DNA of 35,600 nt from Candidatus Nanoarchaeia archaeon (GTDB lineage: Archaea; Nanobdellota; Nanobdellia; UBA10117): NCBI GenBank assembly GCA_038851215.1, contig JAWCLD010000004.1:1-35600 (forward strand). The letters are read 5' to 3'. Numbering within the stretch: the stretch's first letter is position 1; the number at the start of each line of letters is the position of its first letter. The notes beneath the pieces were generated by a model that was given only the letters and a program-made list of their open reading frames with translations, did not search any database and was not told the origin of the DNA. Of this stretch, positions 8,584 through 16,164 are shown in pieces. Both the position numbers and the translations under genes were made by a program.

Positions 8584-9015
8584 TTACGCTTTTTGCCTCA
8601 ACAGCTGCGCTATTTCACCAACTGTTGTGTAAAATTCTGTTTTAAGCTTATCTACAGAAATATCTGTAAAAGTTTCAATTTTTTGTGTTTTATACTTATC
8701 TGGAATTCCAATAAAGCATTTTATTCTGCGAAGCGCAAGTCTACCTCGGCTTTCTTCAGACCATCTGCCGTGAGGCAACATTCCTCTTATTGCGCTTCTA
8801 ACAATTCGATCTGGCATCCTTTTTCTGAATGGGCCTTTAAAAGGTTGCACCCTCGCTTCCCGTTGTTTAAACTTTGCTAGTACAACGGACTTTTTGCCAG
8901 AAATGATTGCTTTTTCGCAATTTACTACAATAACTTCTTCGCCTGATAGCGCAAGCTTAGCAACTCTTGCTGCCATTCTACCTAAAATCAAGTTTGTTGC
9001 ATCGATAATTATCAT
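8584..9015 (-). CDS. rpl13: ribosomal protein uL13
   Basis: IIDATNLILGRMAA, VVNCEKAIISG, IRGMLP. Confidence 0.98.
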   Translation of the reverse strand: MIIIDATNLILGRMAARVAKLALSGEEVIVVNCEKAIISGKKSVVLAKFKQREARVQPFKGPFRKRMPDRIVRSAIRGMLPHGRWSEESRGRLALRRIKCFIGIPDKYKTQKIETFTDISVDKLKTEFYTTVGEIAQLLRQKA

Positions 9016-9056
9016 TTTGCACCAGTCAAAGCTTTTTGTTTCTCCTCCAAGCCCAT
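9012..9056 (-). CDS. 14-aa bridging mini-ORF MGLEEKQKALTGAK
   Basis: ATG 1 nt after the eL18 TAA; TGA overlaps the uL13 ATG (ATGA). Confidence 0.45.
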   Translation of the reverse strand: MGLEEKQKALTGAK

Positions 9057-9057
9057 T

Positions 9058-9408
9058 TTAACCTATTACTTTAATTCCCGTGCCCTTCGGGTTAGTTTTT
9101 AGTAGCTCGCCGATTGTCAACACTTTGCCGCCGGCGGCCATAATTTTGTTTTTAGCTGCGGATGAGAAGGACCACGCAGCAACATTCACTTTTTTTAATA
9201 ATGTTCCTGCAGCAAGCACTTTGCCTAGTACTAATACTGTTTCTCCATTTGCGGCAAATCTTTGTATCTTCGATAAATTGATCTCTCGTCGCATCCTGGT
9301 TGGCTTTTTAAGCTCTCGAGCTACAAGCTTCCACAGTTTTGCCTTCTGCGCGCTTAACTGTGCAATCGCTTCTTGTAGCGCCGGATTTGTCGGTCCTGTT
9401 TTCGCCAT
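9058..9408 (-). CDS. rpl18e: ribosomal protein eL18
   Basis: TNP, INLSKI, VLGKVL, FSSAAKNKI, NPKG. Confidence 0.97.
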   Translation of the reverse strand: MAKTGPTNPALQEAIAQLSAQKAKLWKLVARELKKPTRMRREINLSKIQRFAANGETVLVLGKVLAAGTLLKKVNVAAWSFSSAAKNKIMAAGGKVLTIGELLKTNPKGTGIKVIG

Positions 9409-9419
9409 CTTTTAATTGC

Positions 9420-9446
9420 AAAAGCCCAAAATTTAAAAGGGCTTTT
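9420..9446. promoter_or_regulatory. bidirectional TATA box framed by an 8-bp inverted repeat
   Basis: AAAAGCCC (9420-9427) and GGGCTTTT (9439-9446) flank ATTTAAAA; about 23 nt from both the rpl18e ATG and the tRNA-Leu 5' end. Confidence 0.6.
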
Positions 9447-9461
9447 CATTCACTTCATTAT

Positions 9462-9584
9462 GCGGAAGTGGGTGAGTGGTCAAAACCGCACGATTGAGGT
9501 CGCCCGAAATGCAATGCATTTCGGTTTTTGCGTCGAAAGTCGTGTGCCTTAGTGGCTGCGCAGGTTCGAATCCTGTCTTCCGCA
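9462..9584 (+). tRNA. tRNA-Leu(GAG) with 39-nt intron (9500-9538) at 37/38
   Basis: Acceptor GCGGAAG/CTTCCGC, stem CACGA/TCGTG, GAG at 9496-9498, long variable arm, GGTTCGAATCC; BHB helix TTGA/TCGA. Confidence 0.93.
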
Positions 9585-9590
9585 TTTTTG

Positions 9591-10317
9591 TTATTTTAAC
9601 TTAACCTCTTTCGTTTTTGCTTTAAGCACAGATATTGCTTCCGCAAGTATTTTTGCTGGCTCTAGCTGACCCCAACTTTCTATTGTGAACACGAATTTAT
9701 TTTCACTATTTGTAATTTTGACGCCGCTTTTTTCCAGAATTTCTTCATAAGAGGGTAGCCATTTTGTGAAGTCAAGTATTTCTATGTTTCCATCAGATTT
9801 CTTTGCAACGTTTGGAGGTATCGCAGCAAATGCCGCACTTAAGTCTGCGCCTTTTGTTTCAAATTCTGGCCATCCTCTATAATAAGCATGGCAAGCAGAC
9901 CACAAACTCAAGCTCTATATTTTGGCCTTCAAGCAACTTGACAATCGGTATTTTGCCATAAACTGCTTTTACAGCAGGGTCTTTAAACTTCAAGTCTTCT
10001 GCATAAACAGTTGCGGGACCTTTCGCTTTTAATGTTCCCTTGACAGAACACTTTGCACAAAGCTTTCCCTTGCAACTACATTCTTCAGGCAAGTTATAAG
10101 ATTTAAGATCTGTTTTCAGCGGGATTAGACCCAGTCTGTGCGCTATGATCTCATCGTAAAGAACAGAAGAATTTTGCGTGAAATAAACATCTTCGATTGC
10201 AAGCACCGGCACCTCAAAAGCCGCTGCTCGTCGTAGTGCATTTAAAAATGCCGGTCCAACGCCGTCTATAATAAATGTTATTTCATTTTCGGTTTGTTTG
10301 AGTACAGATATTTTCAT
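9591..10317 (-). pseudogene. rpoD: RNA polymerase subunit D (Rpo3), frameshifted at about 9903 in this sequence
   Basis: N-part NALRR...VPVLAIE...NSSVLYDEIIAHRLGLIPL...IPIVKL; C-part WSACHAYY...FVFTIESWGQL in another frame; the GxGxxHxK segment is absent. Confidence 0.88.
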
Positions 10318-10324
10318 ATTTATC

Positions 10325-10714
10325 TCACACCCTCCGTCCTCGCTTACCGCCTTTCTTTCGGCAGCCGCCATGAGGAATAGGAGTGACGTCTTCTATACCA
10401 ATAATTTGCAGACCTGCCCTCGTTAATGCCCTTATTGCCGGTTGCGCGCCAGGGCCAGGAAAACGGGTGCCATTTTGCCCACCTTTTGCTCTAACTTTAA
10501 CATAGATTTTTTTAATACCTTGCTCGAGAGCAGCCGCGGCAGCTTTGCTTGCAGCTTTGAGTGCAGCAGTTGGGCTTCCTTCGAGCCTATCTGCAGTCAC
10601 GACCTGTCCACCAGATGCTAATGCAATCGTTTCGGCACCTGTTAAGTCTGTGATGTGAACAATCGTATTATTGTAAGTCGCATAAATGTGTGCTATACCG
10701 ATTTTTTCAGCCAT
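10325..10714 (-). CDS. rps11: ribosomal protein uS11
   Basis: [40 protein letters not shown]; start at ATG 10714. Confidence 0.98.
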   Translation of the reverse strand: MAEKIGIAHIYATYNNTIVHITDLTGAETIALASGGQVVTADRLEGSPTAALKAASKAAAAALEQGIKKIYVKVRAKGGQNGTRFPGPGAQPAIRALTRAGLQIIGIEDVTPIPHGGCRKKGGKRGRRV

Positions 10715-11291
10715 TTTGCACCTTAGCCTCTTCAGCTTTGGACTTTGTGCTTTCGAGCGCCTCACTTTCTCCAGTAGGCGCCAGTGCCTTAATTTGTGCT
10801 GAAGCCTCTTCTGGCTTTAATTTTGGCACGAAACCTGGCACGAAGCTGATATCGTCGTTAACTTTGACAAGATAAGATGGGGCATTTAATTTTTTACCAT
10901 TAACCATAATTTTGCCATGTACGATGAATTGTCGAGCTTGCATCGGAGTTAGCGCTAAACCTTTCTTAAACACGACAGTTTCAAGTCTTTTATTAAGTAT
11001 ATCTTTTAACTGCAATGACAGTACATCGTCGAGGTCTGCTTCAGCCGTTACAACGCCAAACTTTTGCAGCTTGTCCATCAAAATCTTTTGGGCGGCATCC
11101 TTTTTAGGACCGGGACGCATGCCGATGATTTCCTTCGCTTGTCGCTGCCAATTCCTAAGGATGGCGCGCATTTTCCAAATCTCTCGCATTCGGCGTATGC
11201 CATATTCTTTGGCCAAATTATGTTCTTCTTCTATTCGTTCCTTTTTCCAAGGATGCTTTGGTCCAGAATAAGTTTTCTTTTGGCGCCACAT
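10707..11291 (-). CDS. rps4: ribosomal protein uS4
   Basis: [35 protein letters not shown]. Confidence 0.97.
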   Translation of the reverse strand: MWRQKKTYSGPKHPWKKERIEEEHNLAKEYGIRRMREIWKMRAILRNWQRQAKEIIGMRPGPKKDAAQKILMDKLQKFGVVTAEADLDDVLSLQLKDILNKRLETVVFKKGLALTPMQARQFIVHGKIMVNGKKLNAPSYLVKVNDDISFVPGFVPKLKPEEASAQIKALAPTGESEALESTKSKAEEAKVQNG

Positions 11292-11293
11292 AG

Positions 11294-11332
11294 TTACTTC
11301 AGTCCTTTTAGTTTGTATTCAAATGCTGGCAT
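11294..11332 (-). CDS. 12-aa bridging mini-ORF MPAFEYKLKGLK
   Basis: TAATG overlap with the uS13 stop; its TAA is 2 nt before the uS4 ATG. Confidence 0.45.
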   Translation of the reverse strand: MPAFEYKLKGLK

Positions 11333-11844
11333 TATTTAGCCTCCTTTTTTCCAGCCTTTGATGTGGTTTTTGGCGTCTCCTTTTGTCGCACTACGCCAAG
11401 TGTGCCACCTTTTCTGCCAGTAGTTCTTGTTCGCTGACCTCTTACCTTTTTACCTTTGGCATGTCTTATTCCGCGATAATTTTTGATCTTTTTCAAAAAT
11501 CTGATATCTAAATTCTGCTGCAGCCCGACATTAGCACCAACTAGATGCCTATCTTCACCAGTTTCTGGGTCTTTTCTTCGATTTAGCATCCAGGCAGGTA
11601 TTCCAAATTTTGAAGGGTTTGCCATACAAGCTTCTATTTTTTTTATGTCCTCTTCTGTGAGGTTACCACATCTTTCTAACTTTGGTAAATTTAATACACC
11701 ACAAATAGCATTGGAAAGCATAAAGTCAACACCTTTAACCCTAGTGAGAGCGAGCCATACAGACTCGTTGCCGTCGATATCTTTATCTACAATTCTAATC
11801 AAAGGTTTGAATTCTTTTGTTGCGGATTTTACTTCTTCAACCAT
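11332..11844 (-). CDS. rps13: ribosomal protein uS13
   Basis: IPAWMLNRRKDPETG, YRGIRH, VRGQRTRTTGR. Confidence 0.98.
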   Translation of the reverse strand: MVEEVKSATKEFKPLIRIVDKDIDGNESVWLALTRVKGVDFMLSNAICGVLNLPKLERCGNLTEEDIKKIEACMANPSKFGIPAWMLNRRKDPETGEDRHLVGANVGLQQNLDIRFLKKIKNYRGIRHAKGKKVRGQRTRTTGRKGGTLGVVRQKETPKTTSKAGKKEAK

Positions 11845-11852
11845 TCAATATC

Positions 11853-11925
11853 GCAGAAACTACAATGCGTTTTGTGCCATTTGGCAACCTTGCTCAAAGG
11901 CAAGGGAACACTGCAGTTACTCTGC
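11853..11925 (-). promoter_or_regulatory. structured 5' leader of the uS13 operon (candidate r-leader)
   Basis: Stems GCAGAG/UUCUGC, ACUGCAGUG/CAUUGUAGU, CCUUGC/GCAAGG, UGCC/GGCA; TATA at 11950-11957. Confidence 0.7.
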
Positions 11926-11979
11926 ATCAAACTTGCTTTTAGGAATGACTTTTTAAATATATCGCTTTTATTTATCGAG

Positions 11980-12465
11980 ATGAAAAGAACGCTACTTGCA
12001 ATTTCGATATTGGCTGCAATTGGCATAGGCTTGGCAGCATACCTCCTTTATTCCTATTATGCGCCAACAGGCGTATGCACAAGCTTTTGTAGCATTGTCC
12101 TCGAATCAGGATATGCAGTGCTATTTGGTATTCCAATTGCCTTAATAGGCCTTGGTGGGTTTGTTATCTTATTTACAATTGCGGCGTATGGCTTTATAAC
12201 CAATAATAGAAAAATACTAAAACCACTTTTTGCATTGTCGACGATTAGCTTGGTTTTCGTGGCATATCTTGTATACTTAGAACTGGTAAAAATACATCAA
12301 ATATGCAATTTCTGTACGGCTGCTCATTTTATTGGTATAGCAATTTGGGGCCTAACGCTATTTGAGTTGTTTAAAAATACGAAAAGCGCCGAGGCTGGGA
12401 TTTTCGCAGACCATGTAGCAAATAAGCCTTGTGGAGGAAACCCTAATCCTCCAGGTCAACTTTGA
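11980..12465 (+). CDS. vitamin K epoxide reductase (VKOR) family membrane protein
   Basis: CTSFCSIVLESGYAVLFGIPIALIG loop and ICNFC redox motif, four TM segments; start placed at ATG 11980. Confidence 0.88.
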   Translation: MKRTLLAISILAAIGIGLAAYLLYSYYAPTGVCTSFCSIVLESGYAVLFGIPIALIGLGGFVILFTIAAYGFITNNRKILKPLFALSTISLVFVAYLVYLELVKIHQICNFCTAAHFIGIAIWGLTLFELFKNTKSAEAGIFADHVANKPCGGNPNPPGQL

Positions 12466-12561
12466 ACCCAGATACCCTTTCGGGAACAAGCTAACTGTTT
12501 AATTCCAGGCTTGCGCAATCTCCTGTCCTTTTAAAGGGATACCAGGTTATGCGACCTCGGC
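12387..12561 (-). tRNA. tRNA-Ser(GGA) with three introns (12520-12540 at 20/21; 12493-12502 at 37/38; 12401-12460 at 59/60)
   Basis: Acceptor GCCGAGG/CCTCGGC with G73, stem CAAGC/GCTTG, GGA at 12506-12504, variable arm CCCGAAAGGG, T stem CTGGG/CCCAG. Confidence 0.87.
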
Positions 12562-12592
12562 ACATTATACAAAAAATTTAACTTTAAAAATA

Positions 12593-12763
12593 CTACTTTT
12601 GCATTTCTGGCGGTAGCAAGAGAGGGATTCCATTCTTTATCGAATAGACAAATTTGCACTTTTTGCAAGTCAAAGTTTGCTTCTTTTTATCATAAATCAA
12701 ATCGCATTTGTCAACAGGACAGCAAATTAACTGTAGAAGCTCCCGGGGTAGCGGTTTTGTCAT
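12593..12763 (-). CDS. trm112: Trm112-family methyltransferase activator (56 aa)
   Basis: MTKPLPRELLQLICCPVDKCDL...LTCKKCKFVYSIKNGIPLLLPPEMQK; below the ORF-track cutoff. Confidence 0.9.
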   Translation of the reverse strand: MTKPLPRELLQLICCPVDKCDLIYDKKKQTLTCKKCKFVYSIKNGIPLLLPPEMQK

Positions 12764-12764
12764 T

Positions 12765-13364
12765 TTACTTTACACCCTTTACAACCCAAAAGCCACCGCT
12801 CTTTGCTAATACTTTAACTTCTAAAAAGAGCTTTTTCATTTCATCAAAAAGGAATTGCCCACCTTTGGTTTTCCTAGCAACTATTTGCAAAGAGCCACCA
12901 GGGTTTAAATGATGTGGCGCCTCTCTAATAAGTTTTAAAACAATATCTCGACCTGCAGCCATTGGCGGATTTAACAAAATTATATCGAACTTTTCACCCT
13001 CTACAGCAGCGTAACCGTTTCCTTGCTTAACTTTTGCTCTAACTCTATTAAGAAGAACATTTTCTTTTGCGAGTTTCACCGCTCTCTTGTTAATGTCGGT
13101 TAGCACGACTTCGCATTGCGGGCAGGCTTTCGCAGCAACGATACCAAGTACGCCATAACCACAACCTAAATCTAACAAGCGGCCACCTTCAGTCGGCAAA
13201 TCTGCTTTCTCTATCAACAATTGTGAGGCCTTGTCTATCTTTTTGGCTGAAAAAACGCCGGAGGCTGACTTAAAAATTACATCAAAACCTCTAATCCTAT
13301 CCCTAATCATATATTTAACATATTTAGTTTTTGGCTTTTCGGCGTAGTAATGCTCAGCTTTCAT
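12765..13364 (-). CDS. class I SAM-dependent methyltransferase (RsmC/MTS-like)
   Basis: HYY, GVFSAKKID, LDLGCGYG, DINKRA, NPP motif. Confidence 0.9.
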   Translation of the reverse strand: MKAEHYYAEKPKTKYVKYMIRDRIRGFDVIFKSASGVFSAKKIDKASQLLIEKADLPTEGGRLLDLGCGYGVLGIVAAKACPQCEVVLTDINKRAVKLAKENVLLNRVRAKVKQGNGYAAVEGEKFDIILLNPPMAAGRDIVLKLIREAPHHLNPGGSLQIVARKTKGGQFLFDEMKKLFLEVKVLAKSGGFWVVKGVK

Positions 13365-13423
13365 CAAGTAGAAATTAAAAAGTACAAATAAAAGCTCATC
13401 GTTTCTTTAAAATACAAACTCTT

Positions 13424-14383
13424 TCACAGATTCTTAGCAGAGCTTATTAGCACAATATCAGTTTTTATAGCCATACCTTTTTGTGCTTTTTGAAGCTCTT
13501 TTGCATCTAATTGTGAAATGCCAATCGCAACAAGATTTTTGTTTACATCATAAATAGCAGTAACAGAGTTTTTTTGCAAATCTGACGTAAAGGCCAAAAT
13601 GCCTGGTACAAACACCGGCGAACCGTTTTTTATTCGGGGCAAAACACCTTCGTCCACATAAACCGCTGGTAGATGCGCAACAGCAGTTTCAGGTGGCAAG
13701 ATTATATTTTTAATATAGATGTCCTTTTTTGTCTTCAGATATTTTTTGTAATTTTGTCTAATGTCGTTTAAGGTAACAGATTCGGAGATTTTAAAAGGGC
13801 CAGCTTGCAGCCTTCGCAAAGAAGCCATATGCCCGCCAACTTTCAAATATTCTCCTATGTCATGACATAGTTTTCTTATATATGTCCCTGCTTCGCAGCC
13901 AACTTCGAACTCTACATTATTATTTTCAAATTTCTTTAAAGTTAACCAATAAATTTCTCTTTCTCTTAATTTGCGGGCAACAGCAGATACCCTTGGAGGT
14001 AGTTGTTTAATCTTGCCTGTGAATTTTCTAAATGCCTTTTCTACCATAGCTTTGGAAACTTTTCCATGCAAATGCATCGTGCCTTCATAGACCTTTCCAG
14101 CTTTAGAGATGACAGAAAGAACCTTAACGCCTTTGCCGATTCCGATAGGTAATACGCCTGTCACAAGCGGATCAAGCGTACCTGCGTGTCCAACTTTAGG
14201 CTGCTCTAATAATTTTCTTATCTTATTGCCGCAATGAATTGATTTGGGCCCTCTTGGTTTGTCCAAATTGATAATGCCAAAATTTAGTAATTCGTCAGCT
14301 GATCTTTTGGCAGGTTTGCCCAGTCTTATTTTTCGTTTATAAATCAATTTTTTTTCAACTAGCTCAAAGGGCAATTTGTTCAT
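13424..14383 (-). CDS. cbf5: H/ACA pseudouridine synthase Cbf5 (TruB family, PUA domain)
   Basis: GIINLDKPRGP, GHAGTLDP, CEAGTYIRKLCHDIG. Confidence 0.96.
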   Translation of the reverse strand: MNKLPFELVEKKLIYKRKIRLGKPAKRSADELLNFGIINLDKPRGPKSIHCGNKIRKLLEQPKVGHAGTLDPLVTGVLPIGIGKGVKVLSVISKAGKVYEGTMHLHGKVSKAMVEKAFRKFTGKIKQLPPRVSAVARKLREREIYWLTLKKFENNNVEFEVGCEAGTYIRKLCHDIGEYLKVGGHMASLRRLQAGPFKISESVTLNDIRQNYKKYLKTKKDIYIKNIILPPETAVAHLPAVYVDEGVLPRIKNGSPVFVPGILAFTSDLQKNSVTAIYDVNKNLVAIGISQLDAKELQKAQKGMAIKTDIVLISSAKNL

Positions 14384-14814
14384 TTTATAACTTTAAACTT
14401 CTTTAAATCCCTTAAAAATATTCTTGCAGTTGTTGGGCCTATACCTTTAAATTCTTGAAGCTTTTTATTAAGCTCGCTTGACGTTCCGGCTTTTCTAATT
14501 AGATTAGAGATAGTTCCATATTTTACTTTAAGGTCTTTGCAAATTGCTAGTAACTTTGTTGCTGTAGAAAAATCGTAGCGAACATAATGCCCTTTGTCTA
14601 GAACTGAAACAAGCTTGTCCCAACCTGCTTGTAGGATTTTATCTGGGCTCAACAAATTTTCCTTAACAAATTCAAAATAAGTTCTTTTTGCAACTTGTTG
14701 TTGTATTGGTTTACCAAATAGTAAGCAGGCAAGAAACCATTTGAATATTTCTTTATTGGATTTACTTTTGAGGTTTATAGATAATTCTGTGGAATAAATT
14801 TTGCTTTTAGCCAT
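14380..14814 (-). CDS. helix-hairpin-helix (HhH-GPD-like) protein
   Basis: FKWFLACLLFGKPI, GHYVRYD, FKGIGPTTARIFLR; start at ATG 14814. Confidence 0.75.
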   Translation of the reverse strand: MAKSKIYSTELSINLKSKSNKEIFKWFLACLLFGKPIQQQVAKRTYFEFVKENLLSPDKILQAGWDKLVSVLDKGHYVRYDFSTATKLLAICKDLKVKYGTISNLIRKAGTSSELNKKLQEFKGIGPTTARIFLRDLKKFKVIK

Positions 14815-14853
14815 TAATTTAAAATAAAAAAACAAGTTTTAAGTTTTATCTAA

Positions 14854-15225
14854 TTATTCCGCTATTTTGGGCTTTGCTTTTTTTAGCTTTGGAAGCTTAA
14901 GTTTCTTTTCTTCTTGAGATTTAGTCTCGGTTGTTGCAACTTTTGCTTCTGCTTTTTTTGGCTTTTGGGGTTTTGCTGGAGCTTTAGTTTCTGGTTTTAT
15001 TCCTAACGCTTGTAAAGCGGCAAGAACCTCATCATGAGTTGCACCTTTTTTGATGTCTGCTTTTTGCGGTAGCAATTCGAGATGATTAATGTTACATTTT
15101 CTTCGCCTTGTGTTCCCGTCTATCAAAACAAAGTTTTTGTCGATTATATCTACAATAAGGCATTCTTTACCTGCATCTCTACCCGCAATCTTTACACATA
15201 ATCTTCCGACTTCAATAGCCGCCAT
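14854..15225 (-). CDS. rpl14e: ribosomal protein eL14 with K/P-rich tail
   Basis: EVGRLCVKIAGRDAGKECLIVDIIDKNFVLIDG. Confidence 0.97.
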   Translation of the reverse strand: MAAIEVGRLCVKIAGRDAGKECLIVDIIDKNFVLIDGNTRRRKCNINHLELLPQKADIKKGATHDEVLAALQALGIKPETKAPAKPQKPKKAEAKVATTETKSQEEKKLKLPKLKKAKPKIAE

Positions 15226-15260
15226 AGCAATTCCTCACAAATGGAAATTTTAGTTACCAT

Positions 15261-15647
15261 TTATTTTGCTCCTGGTAAAATAAATTCTCTTAAGGAAATT
15301 GGTACCTCATCTGGTCTTGCGAGTTTATGCTTCACACGCGCGCGCCAAATTAAAATTTCTCTAGTACATGGCGAGCAAAGGTTTGCACCAAAAGGTCTTT
15401 GCACAGTTCTATCTGTCTTTGAAAGCCTTCGAATTTTAACTGGCAAACCTCTTGGGAGACCGTGAAGATAATTCTTACAAATTGCACATAAAGCTTTGCC
15501 AGGTGCTTTTTTCTTATAGTGGACAACAGTTCTGTTTCCTGGAGTCTTTCTTTGCGTCCTTCTGATACCTCGCCTAGATCGATAACGAGGCTCACCTCGT
15601 ATTTCTATTTTTGTTGCACCCCTTATTTTGTGCTTGATGTGCACCAT
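15261..15647 (-). CDS. rpl34e: ribosomal protein eL34 with terminal extensions
   Basis: RKTPGNRTVVHY, CAIC, RPFGANLCSPC. Confidence 0.95.
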   Translation of the reverse strand: MVHIKHKIRGATKIEIRGEPRYRSRRGIRRTQRKTPGNRTVVHYKKKAPGKALCAICKNYLHGLPRGLPVKIRRLSKTDRTVQRPFGANLCSPCTREILIWRARVKHKLARPDEVPISLREFILPGAK

Positions 15648-15667
15648 ATTGTTTCGATCGACTCTCT

Positions 15668-16096
15668 CTAAACTACTTTTAAAGCCTTTCTAAATGCCGA
15701 TGTAAAGAGGATTGAGAACATAATATAGGTACCAACCCACTTCAAATGCCCTTCCCAGAATGGAAGTGGCAATATAACCATTGAGCTATAAATCTTTCCA
15801 AGCAGAGCAAATATTATAATGAAAGGCACTAATGTCAATAACATTGGCTTCATACTTTGCGACATCAGCTTCATGTTTAGTGGCATTAATTTGTTCTGGA
15901 GCTCTGCAATTTTTTGAGGGTTGTCTTTATTCTGCTTCATTTCTTCTTGAAGTTTTTTTACTTCTTCCCGAATAGCTTTTACAAGAGACTGGTCAGTTGC
16001 ATATTTATATACAAGGGTGCTTCCAAGCGCCAGCGCTGCAGATATACCAATTATAGATAATAGTGCGTATTGTTGTAGTATTTCGATTATTGCCAT
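15668..16096 (-). CDS. DUF106 (EMC3/TMCO1, Oxa1 superfamily) membrane protein
   Basis: TM, coiled coil, SMKPMLLT, WVGTYI; conserved position between secY and eL34. Confidence 0.9.
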   Translation of the reverse strand: MAIIEILQQYALLSIIGISAALALGSTLVYKYATDQSLVKAIREEVKKLQEEMKQNKDNPQKIAELQNKLMPLNMKLMSQSMKPMLLTLVPFIIIFALLGKIYSSMVILPLPFWEGHLKWVGTYIMFSILFTSAFRKALKVV

Positions 16097-16164
16097 GAGT
16101 AGTACACCAAGCTAATGGAACAATCAACTTTATTGAAATTTGTGTTTACCATTTTATCTTACAC

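Noticed and set aside
9895-9910. Programmed frameshift in rpoD
   Set aside because: No obvious slippery run or stimulatory structure, and conserved residues are missing, so recoding would not restore the protein.
11829-12026. 65-aa minus-strand ORF, and the TTG-extended VKOR start at 11872
   Set aside because: Both overlap the uS13 leader and TATA box; VKOR fits better from ATG 11980.
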